Shown here: one piece after another, positions 41,968 to 51,500 of the stretch | Position numbering within the stretch: position 1 is the first letter of the stretch | Layout: every line of letters begins with the position of its first letter | Assembly: GCA_965235115.1 (NCBI GenBank) | Contig: OZ249436.1 | Coordinates: 35,714,001 to 35,778,000, forward strand | Length of the DNA stretch: 64,000 bases | Source of the DNA: Laetmonice hystrix | Lineage: Eukaryota | Direction: 5' to 3' | Program-made: the position numbers and the translations under genes | The notes under the pieces: generated by a model | Databases searched by the model: none | Seen by the model: the letters and a program-made list of their open reading frames with translations, nothing else | What the model was told of the DNA's origin: nothing

Positions 41968-42418
41968 TTGGCCATTGTGGCAACCAGATACAATGACGAA
42001 ATGGACCTATGTAGCGAGGCACTGAGTGAACCGTCATATCCCATCGAGCCAGGAAGTAGGCCTAGTGCATTATTGAAACCTGCTCCTTGGTATCGTAGGC
42101 CTATGTGCAAATATAAATTTCTGGTATGAAGGGGAACGTTTGAAGAAGAAAGATGAATCACCTAATTAACTAAATCGGCGCGTGATATGGAAATTTATTA
42201 AATTATAAGAAGCAATATGGCCGCGCCCATGCACGACAACAACAACAGGCCTATTTCAGTTGCTTCCAGGCCTGATGCAGACAAATAATACTATAACATA
42301 AGCACTGCCATGATTTTCAGAGTCCCGGCTCAATGTAGGCAGGCTACCCGCGATGCAATGCTCAAAATGGCGCTCGATTCACCCGAGGCTACTTTCGAAG
42401 ATATGGCCGAGGATTCCC
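41968..42418. mobile_element. MULE-like MITE, copy 4 (5'-truncated)
   Basis: ggcaaccagatac...gtagcgaggcactgagtgaaccgtcatatccc...cccgaggctactttcgaagatatggccgaggattccc. Confidence 0.8.
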
Positions 42419-42519
42419 AATTGGCTCGGGCTGTTGAGGGTCTGGATGATCAAGACTGGGCCATAGACGTCTATGACTGGGCGGATCCCTGTGAGCAGCG
42501 TTTGGACTGGTCCCCAGGA

Positions 42520-42642
42520 GGGTGTTTCAATAAGCGCGTCGGACCGTCCGACTGGCGACGGACAGTCCGTCGCTTGGTTGTAGGGCCTGCAACATTTGGT
42601 CCGTCGCCGGTCGGACGGCCCGACGCGCTTATTGAAACACCC
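42520..42642. mobile_element. Tiny palindromic MITE
   Basis: gggtgtttcaataagcgcgtcgg.ccgtccgac.ggcgacggac / gtccgtcgccggtcggacggcccgacgcgcttattgaaacaccc. Confidence 0.75.
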
Positions 42643-42728
42643 CCCAGCAGCTCTTTTTACAACCACGCGGAGGGGTCACGCTCACATTCGCGCCCATTTG
42701 CTGAAATGAACGCTCACAGATCCTGCAC

Positions 42729-43234
42729 CATTCGGGATTCCCTCGGGCATATGACGCCATATAGATCTGCATATAGAGGGGTCTACCCTCGGGTGAAATG
42801 GGCGCCATTGGCAACCAGATACATAGCGAAATCGACCTATGTAGCGAGGCACTGAGTGAACCGTCATATCCCATCGAGCCAGAAAGTAGTGCATTATTGA
42901 AACCTGCTTCTTGGCATCGTACGTGTGCAAATATAGATCTATATTTTGTGGTATGAAGGGGAACGTTTGAACTGAAAAAACAATTACCAAATTTACCTAA
43001 ATGGGCGTGATAGATCTACGGTAATTTATCAAATTATGGGAAGCAATATGGCTGCGCCCATGAACGACAACACCACGACAGATCAGGGACGACAGATGGT
43101 ACGACCACGACTAGATCTACTTGTATCATGAACATGATACTCTCGTAATATTGCCCACTGACTATGGGGAAAACACTGTAGACCTATTTTAGTTGCTTCC
43201 ATGCCTGATGCAGACAAAATAGGCTACTGCAAGC
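42729..43234. mobile_element. MULE-like MITE, copy 5 (3'-truncated, closest to copy 1)
   Basis: Left TIR cattcgggattccctcgg; colinear with 16885-17355 apart from several TA-anchored micro-insertions. Confidence 0.85.
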
Positions 43235-43237
43235 ATG

Positions 43238-46029
43238 AGCTGGTTCTCGGCTCACTCGCTAGGTGGCTCTGTGGTCGACGCGAGTAGGAGCCGGTAACGC
43301 CTACTGAGAGCTTGGCTGTCATTGGTCACACTCCCGTCTTTGATAGCTCACTTATTATTGGCTTATCTAAAAATACATTGAGGATGTGCCGCTGTGATGG
43401 CCGCGCTGGCCGCTCACACGATTTCTTCTACCAAATTTAGAACTTCTATCATTGTCACTGTCCAGTGACATTTGGTGAAAAAGTAAATCGACTGTTAACT
43501 TTGAAATTCGCCGTAAGTAGCTATTGTAAAGATTTCAACTGCGTGATAAATTACTTGACTGTGTCAAGGCAAAAGCAAACTGATGTTGTCTTCGACTTCG
43601 CCAGTGAGCGTCGGTAGCGCTCCATGCCATGGACTTGGCCGGGGTCCTCAGTGCCAGTGGGGTCTCCCGGGCACTTCGCCCGTGAACACGCGTGTTAGGA
43701 CATTGCCTAGACCTCACAGGTGTTTGTAGAAAGTGTACCAGAGATTAAAAACCATTGGCCGTATGCAAGAACGTATTTAACCTTGAGGTTAACCCAGTCT
43801 GTGGGTTAACTCGTTAACCCGGTAATACGCGGTATGCAAGAACGTAAAAATTGTCAGGGTTAACCCGTTCTCTGGGTTAAAGTTAACCCTGCTACCTTAG
43901 TAGGGTTAACCCACAGAAACATGGAGGCCGTGAGTGTCGATTGCCTCTGAATACTTGCCTATCACCAAGCCTACGAGTCATCTACACGTTTTAAGTTCCG
44001 TTTCTATCTTGCTGAGATACCGTTCCTACAGCCTGACCCATTTTGCCATCTCTTTGCTGACTAAACAAGAGGCCACAATGACGTGAATCGAGACATGTCT
44101 GTGACATAGCAGTCCAACGTCACAGTCGCCTGACCGATTTATTGTGACGTCACAGTAAAGATCACGTCAGAATTGATATCTCTGTACGTTACCGCAAGAT
44201 GCCGCTTGATTGTGGCTGGCGAGTTTATCCTAAACAGCCAAATGCAGCACCATTTTTATTGCAAGTTGGTTGCATTTGAACTATTTTTTTGTTACTGATT
44301 TAAATATGTCAGGTAAAGCAAGTTTCCTTCTATTTTAAAGGTCAAAACCACCATTAGGCTGTATGGAAAATACAGATTACGATGGGGTGATACGGAACGA
44401 AATTGACTGACTTAACCCGGTGATTTTGAGTTAACCCAGAGACGAGGTTAAACCAAAGTGTGGGTTAAGCCGTTCTCCGGGTTAACTCTCGCCACTGTTC
44501 TTGCATACGGCCACATGTTTCTAGTTAATTTAGAACATATGATATGAACCTTCAATTATGTGTGGCAAGTTTGGTAACGTATCTATTCGTAGCACGTGAC
44601 ATAGGTCTACATGTGTATGAGAAATTGGGTTGAAATTGATTGTGCAGCTGCCTGAGTGACAGCGACCCATGCCTGCCAGTGCCAGGTGGCTGTGCTGGCC
44701 GTGAGACTCTTCGGAAAACCTCGGCCCAACTTCCGGTCGCTTCGCTAGTTGTGGACTCGGACGTCGCAAGCCGTAGAGATATGACAGTGATTCCACGGGT
44801 TTGGGTACATCACAACTCGCGTAGTGCGCAACGGCGCAAAGTAGTTCATAGAATGTCGGTGTTCGGCCTAAAGCGGGATTGTTTATTGATCAGGAAAGAT
44901 GGATAATTTCCGAAGATTTGCAGTCTCGATCGTTCTTAGCAGCAGCGACACATTCAGTTTTGCAGTATTTATGAAATCATACGACTTTACTAGCTTGTAT
45001 CAACATAAGAAATGACGTCATACGCCCAAAGGAATCCCGAGGGAATCCCAAGTGAGACAGCTCGTCCGTGGGACAAACGTTGACCTCCGTCTGACGATAA
45101 ACAATGCCAATAGGAATGTCAACATCTAAGAAAGTATCTATAGAGACCTAAATATATTTTCTCTGACGTCTAATCCACTTGTCAGAGGTATCAAGCGGAG
45201 ATCTGTTTTTAAACAAGCCAGAAACTGCTTGTCTTTCACCTTTGTCGGTGTGTCTGCCGTCGCCGTTTTGACCACGTTGTGTCACGTGATCCAACATGGT
45301 GACGACTGTGCGAGGGCCGAGAGGATCTGGCCCGGACAGTCCCGAGGTGTGCCGATCTGGCCCGGACAGTCCCGAGGTGTGCCGAATGGTACGGGAGCGT
45401 TGCCTGGGAATCCTAGCCTGGTCCCCATGTCTATATTGACTACGTGAATGCGTCTGGTAGGCAGGGGACCAGGCTATGGGAATCCCGGAAATACGTCATT
45501 ACCAACCACTCTCAGACCCCCCACGATGTACGGCCAGAGCGTACAAAGATGGCAGGCGTTACCGGCATTCTCACACTCGAGTCCTTTCGGCAATCTTCGG
45601 CAATCTTCGTTCGTGCGGGGAAAGCACTCTCACAGATTACATATCACTCACGGCCCGATTAGGAGCATCCGCGCCACCTCACTCGTCACACCGTGAATAC
45701 AAAGTAGTGCGTGCCGGTCGGCAAGATTGCTGATGTTGTTGAACAGGTCTTGAATTAAACTTACGCTGGTTGACTGTCTTGAGCTTAGAACCGCCGCTGG
45801 CGCTGGTTTGACTGGTGTCACGTACGCGGGAAGCCATGTCTTCCATGTAGGTACTGCGGTGAAACTAGTTCGCCCCGGTGTCCTCGTTACCCCCTGCGGT
45901 TTGCCCAGAGTCCCGTGCAGGATCTATGAGCGTTCATTTCAGCAAATGGGCGCGAATGTGAGCGTGGCGTTACCGGCTCCTACTCGCGTCGACCACAGAG
46001 CCACCTAGCGAGTGAGCCGGGAACCAGCT
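43238..46029. mobile_element. ~2.8-kb segment bounded by ~63-bp inverted repeats (composite element)
   Basis: agctggttctcggctcactcgctaggtggctctgtggtcgacgcgagtaggagccggtaacgcc (43238-43301) vs reverse complement at 45966-46029; no transposase ORF. Confidence 0.6.
43757..44513. mobile_element. Harbinger-like MITE with GGTTAAC subterminal repeats, nested
   Basis: TIR ggccgtatgcaagaac / gttcttgcatacggcc; many gggttaac/gttaaccc motifs near both ends. Confidence 0.75.
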
Positions 46030-47349
46030 TACCCTGGGCTAAGCTCAAGGGGTAGAATGCAGGGTGCGCGATACCCCTTCACAACTCAAGATGGGGGTTA
46101 CAGAGCCGTGTGTCTCGCCTCGTATGACTCGGAGACAAAGGGATCAATACGGAAAATTGCCTACTATTGATCACTACGAGAGTAGGCCTATACATTGGAA
46201 AATAACATTGATGAGTAGCTATAGGCCTATCACGTTGGAGGCTATGACTTCCAGGGCAGGGGCGGATCCAGCTTTTTCCGTTGGGGGGGGGGGGGTTCAA
46301 CGTGTTTAGGGGTAACACAGACGTGACTGTACGAGCGCCGAAGGCGCGAAGCCTTCTTCGGGGGTCCGGGGGCATGCCCCCCGGAAAATTTTGAAATTTA
46401 AGGTGTAATTTGTTGCAATCCGATGCATTTTGGAGCACAAAATAAGCTATTCAATGACCAATGTGACCAAGGGCAAAAGGGCCTCCTCAACTCCAACAGC
46501 ATCTTTGGCTATAGCATGAAATCATGCCGAGCGTAGCGAGGCAAAACAAAATTCTAGGTGGTTTTTATCTTGCGACTGAAAGAAAAAAAACTTCTAAATT
46601 ATGTTAAGCTAAAATGTGTGTAGATCTATCTGCAACATTTTGGGGGGGGGGGGGGGGTCGAACCTCCTGAACCCCCCCCCCCCCTCTCAACACGCGATCG
46701 ATGATGTAGGCCTAGAATCATCTATAATTTCAAACTGGACGAAAATGGTAATATAAACAAAGTCTGGATTTAGATTTGAGCGGTGATCAGGTACTTGGAA
46801 TAAGTTCGCATGCTAAAGCCCCTTTCTCCCTTCACGATTTTTACGCCGATTCATGCCAATGTCAGTTCATGGGAAGTCGCAGGGGTGTCACAGGACAGAT
46901 GTGGGGGTCGGGGGGGGGGGGGGGGGGAAGTCGTGAACTTGTCGCAAGAATAATGGCCACCATTAGGTCAACTTTTGTTCAAACTGATATTAAACACACG
47001 TGGTCTTTCTTTGTCTCAATTTGAAAGAAAACGGTGGAGAATGTACGGAGATTCGTCCTGAAATGCGATTTTCCCAATATGCCTGCCAAGCATTTTGTGA
47101 AAATAATATGAAAAGGATTGAACTAGATTGGGTCTGATTTCATTGCTAACTAGAAGTTTCCTCAAATGAAGTTTAAGCGCGAATCCTCAAACTCCAATAT
47201 CGGCCTTTTCCCCGCGTCTCTAAACGTGATGGACTGTGCTACATTGTGTGAAACATTTTGAAATGAACCCAAACCCAGGCGGACACCTTTGGTTCGGTGC
47301 GGGCGATGGTGATACAAATCAAAACGAGATGTGCATACTGGCTGCAACA

Positions 47350-47355
47350 TTTATT
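47350..47355 (-). terminator. Putative poly(A) signal (AATAAA) of the UBAP2-like gene, ~1.2-kb 3'UTR
   Basis: tttatt on plus strand at the end of an AU-rich stretch downstream of the stop at 48543. Confidence 0.5.
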
Positions 47356-48542
47356 TACAGGTTACAAGGTAAAACTCCAAGGTTTCCAAGACAGCTGGTT
47401 TCTCACTGAACATGAAGAGCTATATAAATTAATCAGTACCGGTACATGACACATGCCTTCAATCACAACATAACCCGGAGGGACCTCAAGTTCCCAGCGG
47501 AAATGTTTTTTTTTAATACTTTGTATTATTACAGGTACAGACAGATTTGCTTCTCATTTACACTGGAGCTCTTAATATAAAAGCCAAAAACAAGCCAACC
47601 GAATGATACATTACAATTACACAAGGTGAGATGTAACGATACTCCAGCCTACCACTAGCAAGTACATACACATATTTCAATACCTTATAAGTTCTGTCGT
47701 ATTTAAGCAGTCTCTTCTCTCATGTTTAGAGGTTCACACAATAGTCAAAATAATAATCTTATACTGTATATCTGTGAGCTTTTTATACATAGAAACCACC
47801 TAGTAAGAATTTCAAATGCAGACGTGACCCTTCTGGTGCGTTGGACCGTGTAGTCCAAGGCTTTAGTTTTGTTCACATTATCATCATGCACTTATCAAAC
47901 GCTGTCTATTTCATACGCTTATTATTGATAAGAACAAATTTCCATGTGAAAAACTGTCTATGATTTTATGCATATCAGCCACACGAAATCAATGGTTTTT
48001 GAACCAGCATCCCATCTTTGTACAAGCGTTCATAAGTTATGAGATCTTGCTCTCCCACAAAAAGCCTTGGCTAGCCGACTGATGTAAGGCACAAATGAAC
48101 CAATAGTCAAACAAAGTTGGGCTCTGGGCTATTGTAGGTCTGTCCTTGTGCTCAACGATGACCTTTTCCAATCCTTCCACCCTTGTGGCACAGACTGCAT
48201 AAAACCAGTACAAAACAAGTCACAAAAAGAAAAACTGTACATTCACATTGATATTAATAAAGACTAGCCAATAGTTCGGGTAGCTATACACTATAAACCT
48301 CTAGGACAGCAAATTGAGAACAGATGTGCTTCAATCCTCTTTGTGATGTTACAAAGGAATCAGATACAAGATTTATCTAGTTGGGAGAAGGGTTGATGTT
48401 CATCATGTGTCCCGACTGCCACCCCGGCAAACGTGTCTGCTGATCAGGTAACCAGTCTGTAGACCACCTGATGCTACTGCGTCAACTCTTGCTCTCCAGT
48501 CTTCCTCTCAAGGCCTTGTCTTCAGCAGATAAAATAGTGAGC

Positions 48543-51500
48543 TCAGTTGGTGCCCCAGTAGCCAGCGCTGTATGACTTCGTGGCGCCTGGCTTGGGCTGC
48601 GAGCTGCTTTGCTGAGAGCCCCGACTAGACCCGCCAGTCGAGTCCTGGAACACCCAAGTTTACACAAACATTCTTATTTCATTGCCCACATTCTCTATGT
48701 GAACCTGCAAATCGTCATTGCAGTTACATCGTGTACACCTCTGCAAATACACAGACGATGCCTACAATTTTAGGAAGAATGTTCCAGAAACAACTCAGAA
48801 ATACCACTTGTCTTCAACAATATTGCAGAAGAACGATAGTACAATGCTACATCACTGTTGTTCCTAATCCCTTCTCTCAGGTAAAAAAGTGACACAATTC
48901 CAAGTTTGGGGTAATATCCTACTCATCAGATTCCTGGACAGGCACGTACCTGCTGAAGGTGTGGATGGAGCATCTGGGAATGAGCCTGGTGAGGCATCAT
49001 GGGCATGTAGGGTCCCCCATAGGGAGCCGTGGGGGCCCCCATCGGTCCAGCCTGTGTCCCCGTCGGCAACGGGATATTGAAAGGAGGCGGCGTGCCAGCA
49101 TGGAACCCAGTCTTGTCAAAAGACTGCAACAAATCAAAAAACAAATCAACAGAGTATTATGGTTTCACAGGTACTCGATATGCCACGCTGCTATAATGGT
49201 AAATAAACAAAGTCTCATTTCTTTAATAATAACCCTATTGGGTGCACTACATTATAAACTGGACTGCTTTTCCTTGGAAGAGCCGGGGGGGGGGGGGGGG
49301 GGTCTGAAAAATCTGTCTTGCTATATAAGTTGATACACTGATAAGCAATGCCTCCAAGACACTGCGATGATTATTATTATTTTGAAGTTACTGGAACGTT
49401 TTGAAATCTGGAATTTGACCTATATTAAGAGGTACGTGACTTTGAAATTTGTCTAAAAGTGCTTCAATGAGATAGGAATCATGTATTTGGTCACAAGATG
49501 TGTGCTGCTATTAAAAATTGGTCACTTTCCATAATTTTTTTCATAAATTTACCAATAATTTGTTATTTATGATGAAATATGTAATCTTACTTTGACAGGC
49601 TCTATCTTGAAATGTGTTTCAAGATAGGTATATGCAAATACAGGTTACAAAGTGTATAGTCAGGTATACCACTGATTGTTTAGTTGTTTTCTTGGAAAGG
49701 TAATATGGACAGAATTTTAAGTAATGGGTATAGGCTTCCCAATTAAATGTTTGTCACTCAGGACGGTCGGCTGTCTGATTACAGTCTCACTGCCTGGGTC
49801 GGCAGCATTACGTAACTGCTGATGATAAGGTTGGGATTGGCGGCGACTCTCCCATTCTTCGGTATATAATTCATGGTAACTTAAACTCCACGAAATTTGG
49901 ACGGAAGTAAAGATCTAGCACCATCCCAACCCTGACCTTATCCATGGTTCCCACGCTATCAACTTTCCTAAATTCCCGGACTTTTCCCTGATCTTTATGA
50001 CCTTTTCCATGACGGTTTTCCATGTTCAGGTCTCCTTCCATTTTATCTTAGCATGGGATATATTATGGACGAACGGTACCCCGAGTCGACCAGACTGTAT
50101 TATCAGCCACCTAGAACCTGAGTCTGTTGGTCAAATTCCCGGACTTTTCCCGGACTTGAGCACATATTTATCAAATTCCTAGACTTTTCCCGGCCCGGGA
50201 GGCCCCAATAAAAAAATTCTGGACTGTTCCCGGTTTCCCAGACCCGTGGGAACCATGCTTATTTCTAACCCCAGTCCCTACACCTGCCAAAAATATATCC
50301 CTATCCCTGACCTTAACCCTAACCCCTACCCAAAAATTTCGTAGGGAAGTTACCATGAATTAATAAACCATTCTTTCCAGTCAGAGTGGGGTTTAGTTTT
50401 TGTTTTTTTAAGTTCTCTTTATTTACCCTGAGACGTCAATCCACGATAATACAATGCAGGGTTTCATTGGTTTGATGGATCCTTGTGCTCAGAACAGACT
50501 TAACTGAATAGCTGGGCTTTGTATTTATAACTGTAGGTGTAACCGTCTCTTACTCTGACTGTCATCTCTCAATATACAGACGGCCCACTGTGAGGCCACC
50601 GCCTGTCCCTGGCCGGGGTTCAACAAAGAGTTACGAAAGTGCTGGTGATAAGGGTAAGTCGTGGATACACCCCTGCTCCTCCCAGTCAGGGTGGGGTTAA
50701 AGGAATATATGCGTACTTACAACTGAACTAGCTGTGCTTTGGAGCGAGTAGGCATAACTGGCTAATACATATGATTTTGAATCTTACACCTGAATAGGGA
50801 GCCAAAGTAAATCACGCCAAAGTGCGCGTGAAACGCGTGAAAACAGCCAGTGGAGTCGCCCTAATATCGCTTAACATATGAAGTCTGTATTCAACCCATC
50901 ACTACGGTTGCTAGGTTAAGAATTTTGCTTCGGAATAAAGCGTAGGCTGTGGAGCAGAATGTGTTAAAGGCTTGGAAAAAGTTTAGATGCCCTGGGAAAC
51001 TCTTAGACATTTTAAAAATCAACTTTATCGGGCCCTGTCCACACCATGATTGAGAGACCCAATCAGCGACGTCAGGAAAAATACACAATAGCGCTACGTC
51101 ACAATGGTCATTTGGAATGTGATCATAACGGGCCTAAATATTAATGGTGGACAGTGCTTCGCTTCGCCAGTTCAAACGTCTCTAACTGCTAAAATACACA
51201 GGGAAAACCGTTGAAACGTGACATAAGGGGATAAAATATTGAACCAAACAATGTCACTGACTTAGAATTGTTTAGCAAGGTCCCTCCTTTCTTAATTCAA
51301 GCACTGTCATCGCCGGAGATCGGTGAAGTTTGTGATGTTACAATTTCGTACCCTCGTAATCTGACAGTTTTTCCGTAAATCTTGAAAAGTTTAAGTAACA
51401 GATGTGAATGCCATATACTTTTATAGATTGAGGATTACTGTAAAATTCGGTCTGGATAGATTCTAAAATTAATTGTTGTCGTTTAGTATTTCTAATAGGC

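Noticed and set aside
42310..42855. 181-aa ORF
   Set aside because: Spans three different non-coding repeats; chance open frame
49800..49860. Hammerhead or HDV-like ribozyme around CTGATGA
   Set aside because: No stem II-GAAA core and no HDV nested pseudoknot or catalytic C could be built
50308..50330. Telomerase template or interstitial telomere (taaccctaacccc)
   Set aside because: Only ~2 units and internal to a MITE
50721..50761. Cryptic 41-bp UBAP2L exon with strong GTAAGT donor
   Set aside because: Weak acceptor and frameshifting length; flanking exons already join in frame; needs RNA evidence
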